Shown here piece after piece: positions 38,096 through 47,051 of a stretch of 64,000 nt of DNA (position 1 is the stretch's first letter; every line of letters starts with the position of its first letter). The notes beneath the pieces are model-generated. The model worked only from the letters and a program-made list of their open reading frames with translations. It was not told the DNA's origin and did no database searches. This DNA comes from Tepidisphaera sp. (GTDB lineage Bacteria > Planctomycetota > Phycisphaerae > Phycisphaerales > UBA1924), in contig CP051526.1 in NCBI GenBank assembly GCA_050916045.1, forward strand, positions 3,008,001 to 3,072,000, written 5' to 3'. Made by a program: the position numbers and the translations under genes.

Positions 38096-39643
38096 TCAGC
38101 ACCCGCTCTCGAAGGCCCCGACGAAGTCGTCGTAGTCGAAGAAGTCGACGAAGCCATCGCCGTTGGAGTCGGCCGTCTTTCCCGGCGGACAGGTGCCGGT
38201 CTCGAAGCAGTTCACGTAGTCGTCGTAGTCGAAGAAATCGATGAACCCGTCGCTATTGAAGTCAGCGGCGCAGCTCGCCTCGGTGCGATAGGCTCGAACG
38301 TCGGTGCCGGTGCTGGCGATGATGAGCGTGCCATCCGTGGCAAGGACGGGGCCGCCCTGATTGAGGTTGCCATCGATGGGAGTGGACCATCGCTCGGTGA
38401 GGTCGGGGTTGAAGGAATAGAGCTTGCCGCCACCCAGGCCGCCGGCGTTGCCGTTGGAGACGTAAAGCACGCCGCGGGAGTCAACAGCCATGTGGATCTG
38501 CATGTAGTCGGCCGTGATGGTGTCGGAGGTACTGAGGACCGCGCCCGTCGCGGGGTCGAGGCGCTGCAACTGGCCCTGAGCTTCGAAGTCCTGCGTGCCG
38601 GTCCAGGTCATGGAGTAGATCGAGCCGTCGGGCCCGACCCCCCAGCGAGAGAACTCGCCGCCGCCGCCGGAGGAGACCCGCCAGTTCTGCACGATCGCGC
38701 TGCCGGTGTCGGTGAAGGAGTACAGAAAGTCGGAGTTGACGTCGAAGTTCTGCGAGTAATTGAGGTAGAGGCGGCCGTCGGTGCCGATGAACGGGCCGTT
38801 GTGCAACAGGCCACCGGTCAAGAGCGGCCCGCGATAGAGAAACGCGCCGGTGTCGGCGTTGAACTTGCGGAAAGCGATCCGGTTGCCAGCCCCGTTGATG
38901 AGGTCGACGGTGTACACCGCGTTGCCCTCGATGACGACGCCGGTGGTGTTGCCGACCTGTTCAAGACGAGCCGTGCGCCAGACCAGGTTGCCGGTCTCCG
39001 CGTCGAATCGCTCGATCCAGCGCAGGGACCCGAAGATGATGTCGCCGTCCGGCGCGAACACGGCGGCGGTGTAGGGGCCGGCGTTGATCTCATAGCGGGG
39101 CGGGAGCGGGCTTGCGCCGCCGGCGGTGTGCCACAGGATCGCACCGGTCGCGGCGTCGAGGCAATAGAGCGGCGCAGCGACGCTCCCGCCGTTGCCCGAC
39201 CGGCTGGCGTACACGCGACCGTTCTTGACGCCGGCGATCCAGGTCGTCCAATCACCGGTCTCGAAAGGCAGGTCGGCGGTCCAGAGGGTCGCCCCGGTGT
39301 CGAGGTCGAGCGCGTGGATGGTGGAGTCATCGATCGGAACCGGGTCGCTCTGCGGGAAGTCGGTCTGCCGCACCATGAAGACCCGCCGCCCCTCGACGAC
39401 GGGATTCCACGCGATCCAACTGAAACCACCCCCCTGCCAGAGCAGGTCGGAGTCGCCGATGCCGTCGGGGCCGACGACATCGACCAGGCCGTTGCAGCGG
39501 CCGTTGCCGCCCAGATTGGACCAATCCTGAACTTGTGCGATGGCGACGGATGCTGATGCAAGCAAGGCGGTGGTACACATCAAGAGACGCGGCAGAAGAC
39601 GTGGCAGCAAGGAGTTGGTACGGTGCTTGGTTCGCTCGGACAT
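38096..39643 (-). CDS. Secreted PQQ-like beta-propeller protein with GC-type dockerin-like anchor
   Basis: WSNLGGNGRCNG, ALDLDTGATLW, CLDAATGAILW, FDAETGNLVW repeats; tail ending FESGC; SD GGAGG before ATG 39643 (alternative start 39700). Confidence 0.87.
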   Translation of the reverse strand: MSERTKHRTNSLLPRLLPRLLMCTTALLASASVAIAQVQDWSNLGGNGRCNGLVDVVGPDGIGDSDLLWQGGGFSWIAWNPVVEGRRVFMVRQTDFPQSDPVPIDDSTIHALDLDTGATLWTADLPFETGDWTTWIAGVKNGRVYASRSGNGGSVAAPLYCLDAATGAILWHTAGGASPLPPRYEINAGPYTAAVFAPDGDIIFGSLRWIERFDAETGNLVWRTARLEQVGNTTGVVIEGNAVYTVDLINGAGNRIAFRKFNADTGAFLYRGPLLTGGLLHNGPFIGTDGRLYLNYSQNFDVNSDFLYSFTDTGSAIVQNWRVSSGGGGEFSRWGVGPDGSIYSMTWTGTQDFEAQGQLQRLDPATGAVLSTSDTITADYMQIHMAVDSRGVLYVSNGNAGGLGGGKLYSFNPDLTERWSTPIDGNLNQGGPVLATDGTLIIASTGTDVRAYRTEASCAADFNSDGFIDFFDYDDYVNCFETGTCPPGKTADSNGDGFVDFFDYDDFVGAFESGC

Positions 39644-39816
39644 GAAGACCTCCTGTGGGGAAGCGGCGTGTGAACTGCGGACTTTGGATGGCTCTTGCAT
39701 CGCGCCATTCTACCAAACGGGCACCCGAGGCACAAGGGAAACTTGACGATCCAGCGTCGCAAAGGGTGCCCGCAAGGTTGGGGATGGGGGTGAATCCCGC
39801 CCGCCGATCAGAAGGC

Positions 39817-41316
39817 TCAGCACCCGGTCTCGAAGGCCAGCACGAAGTCGTCGTAGTCGAAGAAGTCGACAAAGCCGTCGCCGTTGAAATCAGCCGTGCC
39901 GCCGCCGCAGGCCTCGGTCTCGAAGCACTCGACGAAGGTGTCGTAGTCGAAGAAGTCGAGGAAGCCGTCGCAGTTGAAGTCGGCGGCGCAGATGGTGAGC
40001 GTGGCGGGCTGGCTCGGCACGCTCCCGCAGGCGTTGGTGACGATGCAGCGGTAGCGGACGGCGTGCCCGGCACAGAGGGAGCGTCCGCCCGCCGTGTCTG
40101 CGGCGATGACGAGCGACCGGGTGGTGCTGCCGAAGACAATGCCGCCCCCACCGCACCCGTCCCACGCCGTTCGACCGTTGGCGAGGTTGACGAACTCGCC
40201 GGGAGCGGCTTCTCGCTGCCACCGGTAGGTGAAAGGCCCGGTGCCCGTCGCCGTCACGCTGAAACTCACCGCGCCGGCGGAGCAGACTGATGTAGACAAA
40301 GGCTGATCGGCGAACCTTGGATCGGGACAATTCGAACGGGTCCACAGCAGAGCTTCATCCCGCCCGGTCGCGTGGTTCACGCCATAACCGGCAACGTAGG
40401 TGTACTGGGTATCGCTCCAGATGCTGAATGCGTAGCTGTTGCCCCATGCACCCGGCAACACGGCCGAAAGATCTTCCCAGGACGCGGCGGTGCCGGTCCA
40501 CAGGCTCGCGCGGTTTACTCCGCCAACTGTGGCATATCCGACTTGCTGCGTGCCGTGTATCCCATAGGCACCCGAAGCCGTCGCACCGAGAGGATTGAGG
40601 TTTACCCAGGAGGCAGCGGAACCGCTCCAAAGGCTTGCGAAGCCGGAGGCGGTACCCACCTGCTGCGTTGCGGTCGCGCAGTAAGCCCAAGAAGACGTCG
40701 AACCCGAGGGGCTGAGATCGACCCAAGATGCGGAAGAGCCGTTCCACAAGCTCGCGCGTTGCACGCCACCGACGATCGCAAAGCCCACTTGATGCGTGCC
40801 GAATATGCCATACGCGAACGAACTCGTTGCAGAGGTCGGATGAAGATCAACCCATGAGGCCGCCGTGCCGCTCCAAAGGCTGGCGCGTTGCACGCCACCG
40901 ACCTCGGCCCCGCCGACCTGCTGAACGCCGGATGTGCCAACGGCTTGGGATTGTGTCGATCCTGTCGGGTTGAGATCGACCCACGAGGCCGCCGTGCCGC
41001 TCCAAAGACTGGCGTGGGGCCAGCCTTCGACGGTGGCCCAGCCCACCTGCTGCGCACCGGATGCACCCCACGCATAGGACTGGGCACCGCCGGGGTGAAG
41101 ATCGACCCACGAGGCCGCTGTACCGCTCCACAGGCTCGCGTGGGCCTCTCTGCCAAAGAAGGCAGCCCCCACCTGCTGGGTCCCTGTTGTGCTGAATGAC
41201 TGCGAGTCTGTCGGACCGGCCGGGTGAAGGCTGGTGACGGTCCACTGGGCGTGGCAGGGCCCGGCATGGCAGAGAGAACCCAGAAGCACACCGACCAAAG
41301 CCATTGAGACGCGCAT
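39817..41316 (-). CDS. Secreted repeat (ASLWSGTAASWVDL x6) + Ig-like protein with GC-type dockerin-like anchor
   Basis: Six near-identical ~42-aa blades, then TGTGPFTYRWQ...YRCIVTNACGS Ig domain and tail ending FETGC; SD GGAGG before ATG 41316. Confidence 0.87.
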   Translation of the reverse strand: MRVSMALVGVLLGSLCHAGPCHAQWTVTSLHPAGPTDSQSFSTTGTQQVGAAFFGREAHASLWSGTAASWVDLHPGGAQSYAWGASGAQQVGWATVEGWPHASLWSGTAASWVDLNPTGSTQSQAVGTSGVQQVGGAEVGGVQRASLWSGTAASWVDLHPTSATSSFAYGIFGTHQVGFAIVGGVQRASLWNGSSASWVDLSPSGSTSSWAYCATATQQVGTASGFASLWSGSAASWVNLNPLGATASGAYGIHGTQQVGYATVGGVNRASLWTGTAASWEDLSAVLPGAWGNSYAFSIWSDTQYTYVAGYGVNHATGRDEALLWTRSNCPDPRFADQPLSTSVCSAGAVSFSVTATGTGPFTYRWQREAAPGEFVNLANGRTAWDGCGGGGIVFGSTTRSLVIAADTAGGRSLCAGHAVRYRCIVTNACGSVPSQPATLTICAADFNCDGFLDFFDYDTFVECFETEACGGGTADFNGDGFVDFFDYDDFVLAFETGC

Positions 41317-41421
41317 GAGGGGACCTCCGAGAAGAAAGGAGCATACCCGGTCAGCGGCAAGCGTCCAAGGACCTTCTTGGAGTCCGGTCGGGGTAGGGCT
41401 CCGGCGGGGGGGGCGGCGGGG

Positions 41422-41631
41422 GGCGGGGGGAAGTGCACCATGGTTGTGATGATGTAGGAAATGGTCGAGACGAAATGCAACATCGTCGGGACGGGGTGGG
41501 AGTTGGCCCGGACGAAAAGCAAAGTCGTCGGGACGAAATGTGATTTGGTCTGGACGGAGTGGGAGTTCGTCCCCGGGATGTTCCATGTGGCCGGCAGGAT
41601 TTGACAAATCCTCGGGAGGATTTGTCGCGCC
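41422..41631. repeat. Degenerate 21-bp tandem array (~10 units, consensus approx. GTCGGGACGAAATGnnanwTs)
   Basis: Units in exact 21-bp register at 41422, 41443, 41464, 41485, 41506, 41527, 41548, 41569, 41590, 41611. Confidence 0.8.
41603..41626. promoter_or_regulatory. Perfect inverted repeat, candidate operator
   Basis: GACAAATCCTC-GG-GAGGATTTGTC, overlapping TTGACA at 41601-41606. Confidence 0.5.
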
Positions 41632-41860
41632 GCGGCGGTTATGCGACGTTTGAACGGGCCTTTGGAGGGGGGACGGCCGTTCTCGGACTCGTTTGAACTC
41701 TCAAAGACCCGGTTCGGACCCCCGCACCCCCAATCCAAGACCCCCCTTGGAATTCACGTCCTGGGGGGGATGGGGGCGATGGCTTGGGTCGCTTTGCCTC
41801 ACGCGGTGTTCGCGTGTGGCGGGGTGTTCGTGCCCCGCGCGGGCACAGAAAGGTGGCGGC

Positions 41861-42556
41861 ATGAGCATCATTCCGGACAAGAAGGTCGAACAAGTCCAAT
41901 TCTGCGAGTCGCACTGGCCGATCTGGACCACCAACGCGGTGGCGATCGGCCTGACCGCCGCGCAGACGCTGGCGTTCAAGAATTTCACGACGGCGGCCCG
42001 CTCCGCGTTCGACGCGGCGCAGAACGCCAAGCAGGCTTATAAAGCCGCAGTCACGGCGCAGGACGCGGCGCTGCGGCTCGCCGTCGGCAACGCGGCGGAC
42101 CTGATCCGGGTCATCAAGTCCTTCGCGGAACTGACGGCCAACCCCGACGCGGTCTACTCGCTCGCGCAGATCCCGCCCCCGGCCACGCCCGTGCCCGCGA
42201 GCGCGCCGGGCAAGCCGACCAACATTGGAATCACGCTGCTCCCGACGGGCGCGATCACGCTCGCGTGGGACGCGGACAACGCCACCGCCAGCACCGGCGG
42301 CTTCTTCAGCGTGCTGCGCAAACTCCCCGGGCAGGCCGCGTTCACGACGCTCGGCGGGGCCCCGGGCTCGACGGCGGAGACGCGCCGCATGTCCTTCACC
42401 GACGAGACCATCCCGACATCCGCCGCAGCGTCGGGGGCCCAGTACATCATCCAGGGACAGCGCGGCACGCTCACCGGCGAGCCCTCCGACGCCGTCACCG
42501 TCCAGTTCGGTGTGGGCGAAGGCGTGACGGTCAGCGGGCTTTCGCTGGCGGCGTGA
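41861..42556 (+). CDS. Hypothetical protein: N-terminal helical region, Pro linker, FN3-like beta domain, C-terminal -LAA
   Basis: SD AAAGG; Ala-rich helical N-half; PGKPTNI...GAITLAW...FSVLRK...FTDET...YIIQGQRG...GEPS FN3-like pattern; no signal peptide. Confidence 0.85.
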   Translation: MSIIPDKKVEQVQFCESHWPIWTTNAVAIGLTAAQTLAFKNFTTAARSAFDAAQNAKQAYKAAVTAQDAALRLAVGNAADLIRVIKSFAELTANPDAVYSLAQIPPPATPVPASAPGKPTNIGITLLPTGAITLAWDADNATASTGGFFSVLRKLPGQAAFTTLGGAPGSTAETRRMSFTDETIPTSAAASGAQYIIQGQRGTLTGEPSDAVTVQFGVGEGVTVSGLSLAA

Positions 42557-42558
42557 GA

Positions 42559-42659
42559 AGGCATCAGGCATCGGGCATCAGGCACCAGAAAGACAAAGGC
42601 CCGGGGTCCAGCGTGGACCCCGGGCCTGTTCGCTTCCTGATGCCCGATGCCCGATGCCT
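42559..42659. repeat. Nested hairpin: 7-mer (GGCATCR) tandem arms enclosing a 14-bp GC hairpin; probable terminator/structured RNA
   Basis: AGGCATCAGGCATCGGGCATCAGG (42559-42582) pairs with CCTGATGCCCGATGCCCGATGCCT (42636-42659, 1 mismatch); inner AGGCCCGGGGTCCA-GCG-TGGACCCCGGGCCT (42597-42627). Confidence 0.85.
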
Positions 42660-42669
42660 AGGCTTGCCC

Positions 42670-43518
42670 GTGCTCACTGAGGATTACAAAGTCCGGCTCG
42701 ACGCCTTTGAGGGGCCGCTCGACCTGCTGCTCTTCCTGATCCGGAAGAACGAGCTGGAGGTCGAGGACGTCCCCGTCGCGATGATCGCCGGGCAGTACAT
42801 GCAGTTCCTCGGCCAGATCGATAAGGTGGATATCGACGTCGCGGGCGAGTTCCTGCTCATGGCCGCCACGCTCACCGAGATCAAGAGCCGCATGGTCGCC
42901 TTCCAGCAGCAGCCCTCCCCCACCGCCGAAGACGACGGGCACGCCAAAGCCAAGAAGGAAGACCCCCGGGCCGAGCTCGTCCGCCAGCTCCTCGCGTACA
43001 AAGCCTACCGCGACGCCGCCGCCGCTCTCGAGGGTCGCCTCGCCGACTGGCAGTCGCGGTTCCCAAGCTCGGCCGTCCTCCCCAACGACAAGGACCCCGC
43101 CGTCGCGGCGATCAAGCGGGCGCTCGCCGACAGCCAGGCCGCTCTGGAACTCGAGGACCTCGAACTCGTCGACCTCACCGAGGCGTTCCGCAAGGTGATG
43201 GAGACGGTCAACTTCGACCGCATCGGCGACCACCAGGTCACCTACGACGACACCCCCATCGAAGCCCACGCGACGGACATCATGACCGTCCTGCAGGCTC
43301 CGGACGCCTCGGCCTCCCCGACGCGCGAGGTTGAATTCGCGCAGGTCTTCAAGGGCCGCACGCGGAGCCAGATGGTCGGCTTGTTCCTCGCGCTGCTGAT
43401 GCTGGTCCGCGACCGCAAGGTCGCCGTGCGTCAGGACCGGATCGACGGCGCGATCTACCTGGGCGTGCAGACCGGGGATGCCCAGACCGAAAGCGTTCCC
43501 GCCCCCGCCGGGTCCTGA
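42670..43518 (+). CDS. scpA: Segregation and condensation protein A (kleisin)
   Basis: YKVRLDAFEGPLDLLLFLIRKNEL, AGEFLLMAATLTEIKSRM, DPRAELVRQLLAYKAY, FLALLML. Confidence 0.95.
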   Translation: MLTEDYKVRLDAFEGPLDLLLFLIRKNELEVEDVPVAMIAGQYMQFLGQIDKVDIDVAGEFLLMAATLTEIKSRMVAFQQQPSPTAEDDGHAKAKKEDPRAELVRQLLAYKAYRDAAAALEGRLADWQSRFPSSAVLPNDKDPAVAAIKRALADSQAALELEDLELVDLTEAFRKVMETVNFDRIGDHQVTYDDTPIEAHATDIMTVLQAPDASASPTREVEFAQVFKGRTRSQMVGLFLALLMLVRDRKVAVRQDRIDGAIYLGVQTGDAQTESVPAPAGS

Positions 43519-43649
43519 TCCAGCGGCCACAAATGTTGGTAGCGGGCGGGACTACGCCCCGGAAGGGCCCAACAATCAAGAGATGCGGCCCCGCGCGGGA
43601 TGGGTGTGCCTGAGAGGGCGGCGCCGCCATCACCGGAAGGGACCACCAC

Positions 43650-44951
43650 ATGCCGGCTGTCACCGACATCAACTCCATGCCCCCGCCCGCTCCGCTTCCG
43701 CCCAAGCTTTCGGAAGCGCCGGACGAGTTCGGCCGGTTCGGCAAATTCGGCGGGGCGTACGTCCCCGAAACGCTCGTCGCGGCCCTCGGGCAGCTCAGCG
43801 AGGTCTACGCCGAGGTGCAGAACGATCCGAAGTTCTGGGATGAGCTCAAGAACCTGCTGGGCACGTTCGTCGGCCGGCCGACGCAGCTTTACGCGGCCCG
43901 GCGGCTTTCGGCCCACGCCCGCGACCTCGCCCGCCGGAACAACACCGGGGCCGAAGGGTGCACGATCTGGCTCAAGCGCGAGGACCTTGCGCACACGGGC
44001 GCCCACAAGATCAACAACACGATGGGCCAGGCGATGCTCTGCCGCAAGATGGGCAAGAAGCGGATCATCGCCGAGACCGGCGCGGGGCAGCACGGCGTCG
44101 CGTCCGCCACCGCCGCGGCCCACTTCGGCCTCGAGTGCGACGTCTACATGGGCAGCGAGGACGTCCGGCGTCAGAAGCTTAACGTCACGCGGATGAAGAT
44201 GCTCGGAGCACGCGTGATCGAGGTCGACTCCGGCAGCCGCACGCTCAAGGACGCCACCAACGAAGCCATGCGCGACTGGATGGGCTCGGTCGAGAACACA
44301 CACTACATCATCGGGTCCGTCGTAGGCCCCCACCCCTTCCCGATGATCGTCCGCGACTTCCAGTCCATCATCGGGCTTGAGACCAAAGCCCAGTGCTTGC
44401 GGCAGTTCGCCAAGATGCCCGACGTCGTCGTCGCCTGCGTCGGCGGCGGGTCCAACGCGGCCGGCATCTTCTTCCCCTTCATCGATGACAAGAAGGTCCA
44501 GCTCGTCGGCGTCGAAGCCGGCGGCCGCTCGTCGCAGCCCGGCCAGCACGCCGCGAGCCTGTCCAAGGGCGAGCCGGGCGTGCTCCACGGCTCGCTGAGC
44601 TATGTGCTTCAGGATGAGTTCGGCCAGACGGCGGACGTCCACTCCTGTTCCGCGGGCCTGGACTATCCGGGCGTGGGCCCCGAGCACGCTTCGTGGAAGG
44701 ACTCGGGCCGCGTGCGGTACACGGCGGTCACCGACACGCAGGCGCTCGACGCGTTCCTGCTGCTTGCACGCACGGAAGGGATCATCCCGGCGCTCGAAAC
44801 ATCGCACGCGATCGCCGAAGCGGTGCGCCTGGCTTCGACCATGACCAAGGACCAGAACCTCGTCGTGAACCTATCGGGCCGCGGCGACAAGGACGTGGAA
44901 GAAGCGAGCAGGCTGCTGAGCTTGCGGGACCAGGCCAAGCAGAACGGCTAA
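43650..44951 (+). CDS. trpB: Tryptophan synthase beta chain
   Basis: [75 protein letters not shown]. Confidence 0.97.
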   Translation: MPAVTDINSMPPPAPLPPKLSEAPDEFGRFGKFGGAYVPETLVAALGQLSEVYAEVQNDPKFWDELKNLLGTFVGRPTQLYAARRLSAHARDLARRNNTGAEGCTIWLKREDLAHTGAHKINNTMGQAMLCRKMGKKRIIAETGAGQHGVASATAAAHFGLECDVYMGSEDVRRQKLNVTRMKMLGARVIEVDSGSRTLKDATNEAMRDWMGSVENTHYIIGSVVGPHPFPMIVRDFQSIIGLETKAQCLRQFAKMPDVVVACVGGGSNAAGIFFPFIDDKKVQLVGVEAGGRSSQPGQHAASLSKGEPGVLHGSLSYVLQDEFGQTADVHSCSAGLDYPGVGPEHASWKDSGRVRYTAVTDTQALDAFLLLARTEGIIPALETSHAIAEAVRLASTMTKDQNLVVNLSGRGDKDVEEASRLLSLRDQAKQNG

Positions 44952-44975
44952 GGACGGCAGGCGGGAGGGTCAGGC

Positions 44976-47036
44976 GTGAAGGGTCGGACGCGCCATCGCG
45001 GACGGATGATCGGGCTTGCGGCGATCGCCGGAGCCGGAGCTGTGCTTTGGCCGGTCCGCGCGGACCTGATTCAGCCCGCGGCCCAGCCCGCACAACAGGC
45101 GACCATCGCTCAGGCCGCCTCGCCCGAGCCGACCGCCGAAGAACGCGCCCGTGCGCGCGAGCAGATCGATGCCCTGCTCTTCGAGGGCGCAAGCCCAGAG
45201 CAGCAGGCGGAGATCGAAGCGGCCCTCAAGATCGGCTACGGGTCGCTGGTGACGCGTGAGCTCCTGGGACGCATGGCGCAAGGGCGGCCCGTTCCCGGAT
45301 GGGCCGTGGACTCGGTGGTGCGCGCGAGCGAAACCTGGGACGAAGCTTCGGCGGACGCGATGGCCCGGGCGTTGGCGGGTGCGCGCACGCGGCCGGCCGC
45401 CGAGGCTCTGATCTCGATGGTGGATCGCATGCGTGGCTCGGCCGGGCGCCAAGCCGTGCTGGGCGGGCTCGTCGATCTCACCGGGCGCGACGACCTCCCG
45501 GCGGAGATCCCGGCGTGGCGGACGCTGTTGCAGGAGACGGCGGGCTGGTCAGATGAACGCTGGTTTCGGGCGATCGCGGAGTGGCAGGCGCAGCGGGCGG
45601 CGCGGCTCGCGGACATCGAGCGCCGCGCCTCGTCGCGTTTGCTCGACACCCTCAAGCAGATCCACGTGACGACGCCGGCGACGGAGCGCTCCAAGCTTCT
45701 TTCGACGCTTCTGTCGGACCCGCTGGTGGAAGTTCGGCTTCTGGGGATCGATCTGGCGCTTCGCGAACTCGCCTCGGCCAACCCGCTTGGCCCGGAGGTC
45801 GCCACGAGCTCGCTTCGCCTGCTGGCGGACACGGACGAGGGCGTGCGGGCGACGGCGGCGGGCCTGGTGCTTCAGCTTTCGCCCGCGGGCGCGTCGGAAG
45901 TGGCGGCGGGCGCGCTGGCTCGTGAGACATCGCCGAAAGCGGCGATCCCGCTGCTTCGGCTGGCGATCCGGGCGAGCGGGCAGACGGCGGTCGATCAGGC
46001 GATCGCGTGGCTTGAGAGTCCCGACCGGGGGCCGGAGGGCGCGACGCCGACGGATATCTCGCGAGCGTGCCGAGACGCGGCGGTCGATCTGGCGTGGCAT
46101 CTGACACGTCGAGGCATCATGAACTCGGTGACGGACCGTGCGCGGGTGATGACCTCGGTGCGCGGGATCCCTGCGGGCGAGCTTGCTCCCGGCGGGTGTT
46201 TCCTGACGGGTCTTCTCGGGGACGCCACGGATATCGAGCGGATCGCGGGGCTGCTGACTTCGACGGACCCGGCGATCCGTCTCGCGGCGGCGGAGACGGT
46301 GGTGGTGTACGCGGCCCATCTGGATGCGTTGCTGGCGGCAGCGCGTGCGGATTCGCGGCTTGTGGAGGTCGCGGTCCGCGGCGTGCAGCTCCATCGGCAG
46401 ACCGCCGAGGGCTTTGTTGCGATCGAGCGTGTGACCGTCGGCAGGCCCGAACTTCGGCGCGTCTCGCTGGTCGCCGTCTCGGACGTTCTCCCCGCGCCTG
46501 AAGTGCTGATCGCGATCGAATCGATCGTCGGTGAGCCCGACCTGAAGGAAGCCGTGCTCAGCACGCTTGCTCGACGCGAGCGCGTCAGTTCCGAACGGGT
46601 GGATGAAGCGCGAGCCCGCGCCATCGCCGACGGCCTCGTTCGTCTCGCCCGCGTCCGCGTCCAGCTTGGCAAGCCGGCCGAAGCGATCGCCGCGCTCGAC
46701 GTCCTTGCCGACGTCAGCCAGATCCCCTCGGTCAAGCCACGGCTTGATGAAGCCGAAGTCGCCCGCCTCCGCGTCGGCTCGTTCGTGCGGCTTGGGCGTC
46801 TCGCGGACGCGGAGGCTTCGACCGGTCCGAGCGATGCCGAGGGGTGGCTCGACGGGCTTTCCGCCGTGACGGACAAGCCCTTCGCCAAGGACGTGATTGA
46901 ACGCATCGACGCACTTTTCCTGGGATCGATGACCGAGGGACAGTTCGCGAGGCTCCAGACGCTCCGCCGGTCGATCGAGACCTCGCCCAATCCGGATGAT
47001 CCCAACGCGGACCAGACGGCACGCTCGCCTCGGTAG
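44976..47036 (+). CDS. Exported HEAT-repeat / alpha-solenoid hypothetical protein
   Basis: N-terminal signal-like segment; LLSDPLVEVR, LLADTDEGVRATAA, LLTSTDPAIRLAAA HEAT-like motifs. Confidence 0.75.
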   Translation: MKGRTRHRGRMIGLAAIAGAGAVLWPVRADLIQPAAQPAQQATIAQAASPEPTAEERARAREQIDALLFEGASPEQQAEIEAALKIGYGSLVTRELLGRMAQGRPVPGWAVDSVVRASETWDEASADAMARALAGARTRPAAEALISMVDRMRGSAGRQAVLGGLVDLTGRDDLPAEIPAWRTLLQETAGWSDERWFRAIAEWQAQRAARLADIERRASSRLLDTLKQIHVTTPATERSKLLSTLLSDPLVEVRLLGIDLALRELASANPLGPEVATSSLRLLADTDEGVRATAAGLVLQLSPAGASEVAAGALARETSPKAAIPLLRLAIRASGQTAVDQAIAWLESPDRGPEGATPTDISRACRDAAVDLAWHLTRRGIMNSVTDRARVMTSVRGIPAGELAPGGCFLTGLLGDATDIERIAGLLTSTDPAIRLAAAETVVVYAAHLDALLAAARADSRLVEVAVRGVQLHRQTAEGFVAIERVTVGRPELRRVSLVAVSDVLPAPEVLIAIESIVGEPDLKEAVLSTLARRERVSSERVDEARARAIADGLVRLARVRVQLGKPAEAIAALDVLADVSQIPSVKPRLDEAEVARLRVGSFVRLGRLADAEASTGPSDAEGWLDGLSAVTDKPFAKDVIERIDALFLGSMTEGQFARLQTLRRSIETSPNPDDPNADQTARSPR

Positions 47037-47051
47037 TGGTACCGTCCGTCC

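Noticed and set aside
39718..39810. c-di-AMP riboswitch-like fragment GGGGTGAATC and hairpin CGGGCACCC...GGGTGCCCG
   Set aside because: Other conserved riboswitch elements not found and orientation is opposite to the flanking genes; more likely a terminator-like stem
41317..41607. N-terminal extension of the 39817 ORF through the 21-bp array
   Set aside because: A -10 box, SD and signal peptide all support ATG 41316 as the true start
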